A stretch of DNA of 64,000 bases from Lytechinus pictus. Taxonomy: Eukaryota. This document shows, one piece after another, positions 39,101 to 51,500 of the stretch. The position numbers and the translations under genes are program-made. Every line of letters begins with the position of its first letter. Position 1 is the first letter of the stretch. The stretch is from NCBI RefSeq assembly GCF_037042905.1, contig NC_087250.1, positions 22,198,001 to 22,262,000 of the forward strand, read 5' to 3'. The notes beneath the pieces were generated by a model, which worked only from the letters and a program-made list of their open reading frames with translations, had not been told where the DNA came from and made no database searches.

Positions 39101-39486
39101 CTTATCATGTTCATTCTTTTGTGTCCCTAAAGCCCTGAGGAAAACCATAGACCATTAACATTGCTCGAAAGCTTGGCCGAATAAAAGGAAATGAACATTA
39201 TATATATATATATATATATACATGTATATATATAATCCGAGATAAGATGGTTAAATCAACACGGCTACTACCAGTTTCATGCTTGATGAAGTTTCGTGCT
39301 TAATTGTAAGCTTTGAAATTATCAAATGCAACGTTATTCCCTGTTTCTTCATCGACGGCCTGATGATTGCTTCTTCAAGCATGAAACTAGCAGTAGCCGT
39401 GTTGATTTAACCATGCATCCTATCTTGGATTATACCAGCTCCATCAATTGTAGAGCACTCTTCAGGATCCAGGGTCTTTTCTTGGT

Positions 39487-39552
<66 letters not shown>

Positions 39553-42500
39553 TGGACGCTAGACGTAGCTTTCAATCGTGTCTTTCATTTATTGGCTAGC
39601 TTTCAACCACGGGCCTTGCATTGAAAAAAAAAAGAACAGAACAAATCAACAAAACCATAAAAATGAAGTCGTAATAACAACAAAGTAAATGAAGGGTATC
39701 AAAAAGTACAGAACAGAAGGGTAACAGTAAATTCACAAAAGATGGGTTAATGAACTAAACGATATGGTTGAGTACAATAGAAAAAGTTGTGGTAACTTAA
39801 ATTGTGAAGACACGATATTTACCCGCAAAGGAGATTAACTAGGGTTTCTGAGCATCGGGGTAGGTGGCTAGTCTTGTGTAGTGTATACTGCACATAGAAC
39901 GTCTACATAGAACATGACACGCTGGAACACACGTTGTGCAAAGGGCCTTCTTCCTTTTATATATATATCACCATATCTTCTTCATATAAGACTATTACCC
40001 ATTTTGAGGTTCTTCCGTTATTCAAATTCTGTCAACGCTCTCGCTTTTTGCGTGAGATCGGGATAGATTACATTTATAAGAACTGCACAAAATTTGTCAT
40101 AACGAAGGGTGACACAAAAAATGTTTTGTTAGATTATAATATGGTAAAATAATGGATTAAGCTCTTACCATTCCGCTGCAATATGAATAGGTGAGTCCCC
40201 CGTCTTTATTTCGGAGTGGACGTTTGATCCATAGGCTATCAAAATACTTGTAACCTCAGAATGGCCCGCTTTGATAGACATATGCATGGGCGTCCAAGCT
40301 TCATCTGACTGCGAATCGAAAACATTTTTAAATCACGGTTACTAGGCCTATGACAAAAATTACCTCTGAACAGATTGATCCAGAAAATATAACCATATAC
40401 AGATATTTTAAAGAAAACTTGTAAATTTTTAAGAGAGCACTAATGTACAATTATTTGCCCTTTTCTAATAAGATTTACGTAGTGTCTGAATGAAATTTTG
40501 AATTAAATTAGTAGTTTACATGTCATATGGCTGCATAATTAATTTTGTATTCATTATTTACATACTGTATTGGGAATTAGATAAGTAGAATATATATTTT
40601 TACCTGTGCATTGACATCTGCTGCAGATTCTAAAAGGATTCCAACAATCTCTGAAAAACCTTTTGACGCGGCTATATGAAGCGATGTGATACCCGTTTTG
40701 TTTCCTTTGTTCACATTAGCCGACAAGTCCAGAAGGTATTTTACCATGTCAACATTGTTCCTAAATAATATTTAAAACAAATGTCATCATTTCGGTTCAC
40801 AAGTATCTTTAAAAAAGAGTGGTTTACGATATTGTATAATTTAGCCAACACTGAAGCATGATGGACACTCACAGACCCACTCCTAACAATCAATTACTTT
40901 AAGGGGAGAGTTGGCAAACGCTGTTTATTGTGTCCAACTGACTCAGTGCTGAACACGGATAGTATGGGAAGAGAGCTTTGGGAAGTTAGTCGAAATGTAC
41001 TTTTTTCGGTACTCGTTAACATAACTATTGCTATGCGAATGTATAAAGTAGTGAATTTTTGTTTATCTTTTTACTGGGTGTATACCAGATAAATAAAAAG
41101 ACTACACTGCTGAGAAGTTTGCATTATGGAAAATGACCCCTAGCCAGAAATAAGTAGTTCAAAACCTGAGGCGGGGCTGCCCAAATGCATTAATTCCAAC
41201 AGGATTCTTGATAAAGTCACTCACTTTTCGGTAGCTCGTTGCAAGGGTGTCTTTCCACTATTAGACTGAGCTTCAATATCGGCTCCCGCTTTGCACAGAA
41301 TCTTGACGCATTCCAATTGGCCCCCAAGTATGGCAGAGTGCAGAGGTGTTAGAAGAGTTTTCGTTGTTGAATTAATGAGCGAGCGATTTTCTAAATGTTG
41401 TCCAGCATCACTTTGATTATAAAAGAATAAAACGTTAAATCGGTAACACCTTGGTTATTACTATAAGAAATCGATTACATGTGTATAATGCCAGAAATAA
41501 GACACCAACCATCTACGAGCGCAATTGCAGCACTTACCAGTCAGTCGGCAAGCCCTGAAAAGGTAGATTCTTTTATCCACACGATATTTATGACTAAAGG
41601 GTTTTTGCATTGTTAATGAGCTTGCGGTGCAGAAGAAAACACCTCTTTTTATTCGGCCATTGCTGCTCTAAATATTGACCAAATTTAATGTTTTTGGTAT
41701 CTTTATAAAGAAGAAATATTAGTCTTTTAGGTCATGTGTTTGAATTATTTTTGAAAAGATTGTGTAATATAGATGAAACCTTTGATCTAGAACATGAAAG
41801 AAAATAATTATTTTCATGCAACAAAAGTTCTTATTTTTCCACTGAATTTCTGTTTGAGCCCAAATGATTATCAAATTATGATAAAGCTGAAGATCTAAGC
41901 TCTAATGTATATAATTTTATAAGAAGAGGTACTTTAGATGGGTCAGCAGCCAGCTTTTTATAGGCCAAGTACATTTAGCAGCTTAAAAATCAAGAATACT
42001 GCTCTCTGATTGGTCAGAGAGACCACACATCCACACAAATTCCAATGTTCCCCACACTGGGCCTCTGCAAGGTAACACTCACCCATGTAGTAATCTCTTC
42101 AAATTACCCGCGCCAGTTGTTTTGAAAACACTATTCAGCCAATCAGAACTCTGGATTTTATGTTACTCAGAAATTTCAGAAATCTTGTCTTGCATCTTGA
42201 TGGAAAGAGTTGGTTGCTGATGCCCCATATCAAGAGTGACATTGTAAGAAAGTATAAAGTTTGAGCTTTCTGATGATATGAATAATGTTTGTGCCTAAAG
42301 CACGAAATTTTGCACAATTTGCAAGTGAAAAAAAAGAGGAAAATTATGTTTGAGGCATCTTATCAGGTCAAAACTTCACTTATTTATAAAAAAAAAAAAA
42401 AATCAAAAGAAATAACCAATATAAAAGATTAGCATTTACTTTTTCCTATGGTACAAATAAGCTATATTACTCAAGGAAAAAAATGTTTTTTTTTTTTTTT

Positions 42501-45500
42501 AAAGAAAGTCTCACAATTCACTAGATTTTGCAGTGACATCTTTCTCATTTGCCCATTAACATGGGGACTTGCAGACAGACTGTAACAATATATCTAGATG
42601 TCACTTTGAAATACCACTGGAAAACTTATATTCTGCATTGCATAATTATTATATTGCCATATTATCATATAATAAATATCGTCCAACATTACATACCTGT
42701 CTCTGCTCTGCGTTATTTCGACAGAATCTATAAGCGTTTGCAAGCATTCATCTTGTCCGGTTTCTGCTGCGACATGGAAAACGTTGTAATCGTTTATTGC
42801 CTTTAGTTTAAAAAGGGGGGGGGCATGAAAGTGAATCACATTTTATTAAAATCGACATTATCAAGATACACAATAATTAGAATACGATCAAATATAGGCC
42901 TACCCATTTTTAATCATGTCAGCACAACTGGCGTACTTCGTTTACTATTTGCGTAAGAAATAAGAACATTTATTCATCGAGCTACGTAAAAAAAAAGTGT
43001 TTTTCACCGGCCTTTAGTCCACGAAGTCATTCTGTATTAGCCTGTTTGAATCGTTTGAATTCTAGTCCAGTATAAATTTCATCCAACCTAGGAAAGTTGC
43101 GCATACATTCGTAATTCCGAAGCTTCGTTATTCTGAAGGTTCGGTTATTCCGAAGGATCGTATTTCCGTAGGTTCGTAATTCCGAAGATTCGTAATTGCG
43201 AAGGTTCGTTAATCCGAAAACAAAATAAGGTTCGTAATTCCGAAGGTTCGTCAATCCGAAAACGAAAAAAGGTACGTAATTCCGAAGATTCGTTAGTCCG
43301 AAAACGTAATGATTAACGAACCTTATTTCGTTTTCGGACTAACGAACCTTCGGAACAACAAACCTTATTTCGTTTTCGGGTTAACGAACCTTCGGAACAA
43401 CGAACCTTATTTCGTTTTTGGACTAACGAACCTTATTTCGTTTTCGGATTATCGAACCTTCGGAATAACGAACCTTCGGAATAGCGCCACAAATGTTCGG
43501 ATTAACGAACCCTTTTACGTTTTCGGATTAACGAACATCGAGGTATAGGCAATTCACGTGTTTCGGAATTACGAACCTTCGGAATAAAGAACCTTCGGAA
43601 TTACGAAGTGTAACCGGAAAGTTGTTGGGTACACGTGTTGTTGGGAGTTTCTTTTGGGGGTGGTCTTTTTTGTACTTAATTCGTGTTCTAGATGGGTATT
43701 GATTAGAAGTAAATTCACATTGGCTGACATCTTGGCAACCTTGAGTGATTTGTTTAATCGTAGCTATCATAATCATCTAATTAACATGCATGCGGGAATT
43801 ATGTACTTATCTTAAACCAGATGGGCTAAAATCATTGTTTATATAGTTTTTTTTTCTTTGAACGCTGGTGCTTTAACCACTAGACCACAGAGACGGGTTA
43901 TTGGCAAGGGTGACCTCGATCCGATTGACCGATTTTTTGACACTATACCAATTATAGTTTACTTTGTCGGGTGTAGGTTGGTTTTGAGCAATGACAAGCC
44001 GCCATGCCTCAGCTGATATTGCTTAGATACAGTACACGTATGGGAGAAAGTATACAAATGTGATATATTATACATGTACAACAACTTTGGCAACTCTTTT
44101 ATTTCAATATTTTGTGAAATAAATGGATGAAGAGAACAATAGCAGGCGTAGCTTTTAAATCAAGGTTCCCCAGAGCTATCTGCCCTTTGGAAAAATTGGT
44201 GATGCCGAAAAAATGTCTCTGCCGGGAATCGAACCCGAGCCCCCAGCTTTGAACGCCGTTGCCTTACCTCTGCCATTTTTACCTCTGCCATTTTTACTTC
44301 TGCCATTTTTACCTTTGCCATTTTTACCTCTGCCATTTTTACCTTTGCCATTTTTACCTTTGCCATTTTTATCTTTGCAATTTTTACCTCTGCCATATTT
44401 ACCTCTGCCATAGTTACCTTTGCCATTTTACCTCTGCCATTTTTAAACCGAGCCCTCTCCCAGAGGATGTAGACATGACGAGATCTGAAATATTATCATC
44501 TGATCATCTATTATTATTATTATTATCTTTATTATTATTATTATTATTAATTCCTCGTCATAGAACACCCTAAGAAAGCTGTATCATCTATATTTAGAGC
44601 TTTTGTGATAAATATTTATAAATTACTTTTACGCTAATTAGCTTGCTTATTATATTTAATCAGGCTGTTTACGATGGTTGCGTTGCTTAAAAGGAAACAA
44701 ATGAGGTGGTGAGTGGATTCCTCGTCACCGGGGCCCTTAGAAAAATAGTATGTTTAATTATTTGTTTTAAGATTAGTAAGATATACCATACTGTATGCAT
44801 GCTAATTAGATAATAAGGCTAACTCAAACAAATTAAAGGCTATGACGATGGCAATCTATCTGAATTTACGTCCAAGTCCATCTGGAACACGAATCAACAA
44901 AGAAAATGAATTTAACAATGTTTTCCAGGTCTAGTACGTATACATGTACATGTACATGTATGAGGCCGAGACAAGTTCGAATATTTTCCTGGTTTCAATT
45001 TATTTGATTTGATTTGATTTGATTTATTGATTCCCGCTTATTCGGTGCAGTTTTCCACCTCTTCTCTCCATTCAAATTATTGGGAGCAATAGAAGAGCCA
45101 AATAAAGGAATAACAAAAGTCTAGAAAAGAAGAAGGTCTCCGCCATCTTTTTAAAACACTGAATGATTGTCAGTTCCATTTTCCTCTCCAGATTATAGAA
45201 GAATGGATTTCATAACCTGGAAAAATAGGCTACATTGTTTATTATGTAAAAAACCTTTAAATCATCACAACCCTCCTGACACTATCTGACGTCACTTAAT
45301 TATTTCTCGTAGCAAAACACTTAACTGACAATGGGTGTACATGTACAGTGCCGGCCGCGGGAAACGTCACAGTGCCCCCTAGGGCGAACGCGGTAGCCCG
45401 TAGCGGACATTTGAGGGGAGCGGACGAGGGAAGACGCCCGCGTCCGCTCCCCTAGGACATGAGTGCCCTAGGGGAGCACCCGAGGGTAGTCCCGCGTCTA

Positions 45501-48500
45501 TCCTAGGGTGTTTCTGTAGGATGCTCGGCCGTGCATTCTTGGTCGAAAGAAGAGGACTGATTTGACACATTCAAGACTGCATGTGATTTTTATCTCATAT
45601 CAAGCATAAGTTTTCGAATATTTATCGTGGATAAAATATGTTATGAAAATTACAAAGTTTTGGGTTGATAACTAGGATTTTAGGCTTTTTCACCGAATTA
45701 CTTATTGTGTTCGATTACACACTGGGACCAGTATAAAGGGTCCTTTCCTATATATTAATATTCTTTCCGTGGTGTCCGTTATTTCATTCACTCACATGGT
45801 TAGTCGTGATTGTAAATGAGTTTCTGACAAAGGAGCAGGTATTTGTCGATGTTGACCCTACATTCCGGAGGTCGTCCTATAACTATTTACTCTATTGTTT
45901 CCCTGCATGGTCATCCTTTTTATATACCCTGACATGCCTTTCAGGCGCGGATCTACGAGATGCAGATAAAAGGGAGAAGAAGAAACCAAAAATGAAAGAA
46001 AAGGCGAATATGAAGGGATGGATTGAAGACGAGAAGGAAAGAGATAAGAGAAATAGAAAAAAGTGAGAGAAGGGGAAAGGGGAGAAAGAGAAAATAGGGG
46101 GGGGGCGAAGAGGAGAAAGAGGGAGAGGGGGTAAAGAAAAGAAATAAGGAAAAGGTGAAAATCGAGAAGAAAACAGAGGGGATAAAAAAAGGGAAGGTGA
46201 GACAGAAAGAAAATAGGGAAAAGAAAAATAGATTGAAATTCGAAGGGGAGAAGAGTCAAAGGAAGAAAAGGAAGGACAGAATGAGAAAGAGAGAATGATA
46301 AGGAGGGGGATATTAAATGAAATGAAGAAGGGAGACATAATAAAATTGTCCAGTTTTTCATATCAGAAAATACGTTAGTAACTCGCATCTGCCCATTTTT
46401 ACGCTGATGACAAGTATTAAACATTCTTGCGCTCAATCTTGTAATTATTTTCTCTCACCTTGCTCACAATTTCCTGCTCTCGTTGCATCAATTAACATCC
46501 GCTCATTCAAGAAAGAAAAATTAAAGAAAAAGGCAAATAGGAAGGGATGGAGGAAAAATGAGAAGGAAAATAGACAAAGTGAGAGAAGCAGAAGGGAGCG
46601 AAGAAAAGAAGGGGAAAGGGGAGAAAGAGAAAATAGAGGGGGCTTATTGTTTCATGGTAATATGGATACCATATAGTTCTGCGGTACTTAGATATGAAAC
46701 TTGTTTTACTCAGTAATGCTCATACGTGATGATTAAAAGGATTTTCGACTATATAGAGGTGAACCGGGACGGGGCTTTCATTCTTTAACTTGGCTTGACT
46801 AATTCCGTTGTTCCCCGAAAAGAATTGTTAGATTTGATAGTTAGCGTTTGCGTGAGCACCCACCAAAACTCTTAACAAAAGAATGGTTTGTATAGCTCCA
46901 TTCTTGCTTTGTCGGCAAGTGATAATTAACTCGTTAAGTACCCATTCCACACACTACGTCATAGTAGCTTTCGAAAACATACTTTTACTTGGGTATGTGT
47001 TTAAACATTGAAGCTAAATGTGCTAGAATTTGTTTAAATAGTTACATTATGTAAATAGCTTTTGCTGCTTTGCTCTGGAGCGCATTGAGCATCCAATCAA
47101 GATGGAAAGTGCGCTTTACAAATGTCATGTATTATTATTTCTAGCTGCCATATAACACTGAATTCTGTATTATACCAAGTTGTGACTTGGTTTTATCATT
47201 TCCAATTCATATAACAAAATATATTTCGAAGGAAAAATCTTGCTTTACTGAAATAAAATTAATAAATAAACAATGTTTATAACTTTAATTGATGTCCGAC
47301 AAATCTAACAATATAAAACCGCAGTTCGTAAATATGATAGTTTAATCTTTACTTCGACGTCAATTATTCGTGTTATTATCATCATGTAGGTGTATCAGGG
47401 ATATTAATATTCGTTTTAATCCCATCTATAATTTTATAAAAAATTGCGCGAAATATATGTGGTTGTTCTCACTATGAAGCTGCAACCCCTCTTCATTTTT
47501 CTCATCCTCCTCTTCCTTCTTCTCCTTTATTATTTCCACCACTTTCATCTCTTCCCAATTCGAATATCTACCAATGTAACTTAAAAACCGCAATAGAGAG
47601 CTGGTAATGTAATCAGATGTTTTAGCAAAAAGATAAATCTGTTACATCTATTGCATTTAGGTAAATTTATATTTTTTATAGGGTGAGGGTTTTAGAGACC
47701 CGATTTGAACCGAAATGAAAAGAACATCCTCATTTATTGTTGTTAGCGTATCAACAAATTAATCCCCCCTCCTCATTTCTATGAACATCCTGTCATAAAT
47801 TTGGAAGCGGATGTGATCAAAGGAGATCAAATGTGTGGGCGGGGAGCAAGACTCTACCAGACTGTTGACAATAACAAAAGAACCAAATAAAAAATCGATG
47901 AGCACAACCAATTTTGCTGGTGTTTGCTTTTTGCACGTATACTTTGTATGATCTTGGTCATACTAGTATTCGTTTTCACCTTTCATTCCCTTCATTAGGG
48001 TTGTATCAACCATGTCAACGAATTGACGATCCCAATATTGACCGCACGTTTGTTTTAACATAATGAGAATTCGCAAATGCCCTTGATATTCATAATTCTG
48101 TTTTATTTTAAGTTTGTCATTAATGTTTGTTAACATTCACTCTGTTAATAACTTGTCAATTTTGATTTACAAAAAAAAATCAAGTCTGCTTATTAATGCC
48201 TTTTATCTATTTTAATTATTTTTTTGTTGATATCCCTTTCTTTCTTCTTTCCGGATTCCACCCTGTGCACCCCGTTAAACTCAGGGAAGAATGTTTCAAA
48301 TGTTTTCTAGTTCTTACACTGTTCACAATAAGGAGATGGGATTAGGTATATTGTTTACGCTGAAGGGAGAGGAATGGGTGCGTATGGAAAAAAAATATCC
48401 CAAAAGATAGAGAATTGATCTCCATGACATTAAATCACAATTGTGTCCTATTTTCTAAAAACAAGTTTGTATGATACATGTATGCCTCCCACGTAAGGCG

Positions 48501-51500
48501 TAAGGAAAAAAGTTTACCTAATGCATCAAATTAGATTAATTGATTAGATTCATTGCGGTAAATGAAATACAATAAATTCGATGTTCCAGCCAGGGTGACC
48601 AGATTTCACAAAATTAAATACGGGACAATCGACAAAGCACTATGTACCATCGGATCGACCGAGCCAGGCCAGAAAATCAACAAAAAGGCTACACAATGTT
48701 AGACTTGTTAACAAAATATATTAAGAAAGGGGAAGGGAGGGTGAGCGGAAGAAGGAAAAGAGAAAATAATGAGGAAACAAGAAATGAATTGAGACGAAAG
48801 AAAAAAATAAGGAAAAATTAAAAGGAAAAAAGTTTGAATAAAAGAGAGAATGGTTTCCGTCATTACTTGTACTGAATAAAGAAAGAAAGAATTAAAATAA
48901 AGGAACGGAAGATGAATAAATGTTTGAAAGAAAAAACATAAGGAGAGAAAAGAGAAAAGTAAGAAAAATGGAGGAAAATAGACAGAAATAAAAAGAATTC
49001 CTTCATTATTTGAAAGAAACAAAGACAGAATAAACATGAAGGAAGAAAGGGAAAGAGGGAATAAGGGAAAACAGAATTTAAAAAAAAAAAAAAAAAATAA
49101 CATCTACAAAAAAAATAATAATCTACAATAGATTCCGATCACGCTAGTTTAAAAACATAATGGTCTATCACAAGATAACCAAAGTACATGCACATGTAAA
49201 CATAATGCAATGTACGTACCCTAGGGCACCCGAGGATAAGTGCGGGCACGGCCAATATTATATAGCACGCAGGAAACTGCGGGCCCGGGAAAACGCCCTC
49301 GTCTGCTCCCCTTGAATACCCTCGGTTAGACGCAAAAGCCCCCTAGGGTGTTTGCGTGCTCGGGCGTGACGTTTCCTGCGGCCGGCACTGTATATACATG
49401 ATTTTTTCATTGTTGTGCTATGCAATGTCTACTTGTAAATTCAATTTAACACAATCCAAAAATTTGAGAAAAGATGTAGCTAATGTCATCAAAACAAGTA
49501 ATCGCAAACAAAAATATATTAAGAATATGACACATACACGTACTTTCCTGGCGTCTAAGTCGGCTTTATGCTTGATAAGAAGCTTGACAATATCTTTACT
49601 CCCATTTTTCACTGCCAAATGAAGGGGTGTTTCATTCCCGTAATAAGAAGCACCTTTGTTAACGTTAGCTCCTTTCTCCAGTATAAATTCGACTATTTCT
49701 AGATGTTTCCTTGTAAGATAAAATATAAATTGAATTTAATAGAGAGAAGTTTTTTTCAACAGCACCAATCATTAATATACATATAGCATCCTCATGTCAT
49801 AAACTATTCTGCATTTAATTGGGTTGAATCAAGACCTACCACAACTGAAGATTCTTAATCAAATTATGAATGGGTCTAGGTTTATATATTCTGCAAGGGA
49901 ACTGGTTCTTTTTTATTATTATTTTGTCCTCTCCTTATTAGGAACAAAGTTGAAAATTATGTTACCTTTAAGAATTGATCCAATATAACATTATTCCCTA
50001 GATTCAATCTATTAATTTCGGGGAGAGACTAGATTAAAAAAAGGAAAAAAACTCGTGTTGACATTTGAAGCCCATTCTAGCGTTACACGTGCGCGTATAC
50101 AGCACCACATAATATCGACTTCTCCGTAGTCCAACATGACATTCGTTTACCTATTAAAACAAGTTCAATGCCTACAGTTTGGAAAGTGTAGATGAGTTAC
50201 TCTTTTATCTAAGCGTTCTTCCACTTCTTCTTGTGTTTCTGGCTTGTGACTAAGTCTTATTTAGACTTCAGGGGGGCTTGGGAGGGGCGTGTACACAAGC
50301 CCCGTCCCAACCCCCACACATACAAATACATTTTATTGTGGGTTAACATGTTCCTCCCCCTGTTGCACCCACAAATGTAATAACGCCCACAAATGTAATA
50401 ACACTTTACCCACAAATGTAATAAGTTTTGATCGCCCACAAATGTAATAATGACTTTACCCACAAATGTTATATATTTGAAGGGATTTTTGGCGAAAATC
50501 CGTTCGAAACTAAAATCCTATAGTAATACGTTCATATAGCACAAAAGTGCAAAGTCTTTTTTCCAGACCCGGTTAATTCAAAAATTATAATATAAGTCCC
50601 AAGTCTTTTTTCCAGACCTGGTTGTTTCAGAAATTATAACATAAGTCCAAAGTCTTTTTTCCAGACTCGGTTATTTCAAAAATAATATAAGTCCAACTAA
50701 GATACGATAATAATATTTCAGTGGAATATAAACGAGAATCGAGCCTAGTATTTTCTCCAGACCCAGTTAATTAAAACTGGTGGAATTAATGTCTTTGTTG
50801 TTGTTTTAACTTATACGGCATGCATTGTAATTATATGCGCTAATAGTAAACTGAGAATCAAGCATAGTCTTTTCTCCAGACCCGGTTATTTAAAACTAAA
50901 AACTAAAACCCTATTGTAATGCATTCATATAGCACAAAAGTGCAAAGTCTTTTTTCCAGACCTGGTTAATTAAATATTTATAACATAAGTCCAAAGTTTT
51001 TTCCATACCCGGTTGTTTCAAAAATTATAATATAAGTCCAAACTAAGGTTCAATAATGATATTCCGGTGGAATACATATGAGAATCGAGCTTAGTCTTTT
51101 CTCCAGACCGAGTTGATTCAAACTGTGGAATTAATGTCTTTGTTGTTTTAACTTATACGGTGCGTTATGTGAATATATGCGCTAAGAGTAAATTGAGAAT
51201 CAAGCGTAGTCTTTCTCCAGACACGGTTACTTAAACTAAAAACTAAAACCCTGTAGTAATGCGTTCAAAAGTGCAAAGTCTTTTTTCCAGACCTGGTTAA
51301 TTAAATATTTATAACATAAGTCCAAAGCCATTTTTCCAGACCGGGTCGTTTCAAAAATTACAATATAAGTCCAAAGTCTTTTTTCCAGACCCGGTTGTTT
51401 CAAAAATTATAATATAAGTCCAAAGTCTTTTTTCCAGACCCGGTTATTTAAAAAATTACAATGTAAGTCCAAAGTCTTTTTTCCAGACCCGGTTATTCAA

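Noticed and set aside
43027..43548. ORFs with TNLRN/PYFVFG repeats
   Set aside because: Translations of the internal repeat units of the palindromic MITE.
43856..44266. Functional tRNA gene at this locus
   Set aside because: Neither copy is complete; the halves are in permuted order and each is truncated.
44160..44573. Repetitive-protein ORFs (MAEVK, LPLPF, YLCHF)
   Set aside because: Translations of a 15-bp minisatellite that is open in several frames.
45060..45216. Extra minus-strand exon after a good ttttccag acceptor
   Set aside because: Stops in all three frames, and the flanking exons already join in phase and in ankyrin register.
45806..46676. Long F/L/S-rich and K/E/R-rich ORFs (also 48708-49103)
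   Set aside because: Purine/pyrimidine-biased low-complexity DNA with no domain motifs.
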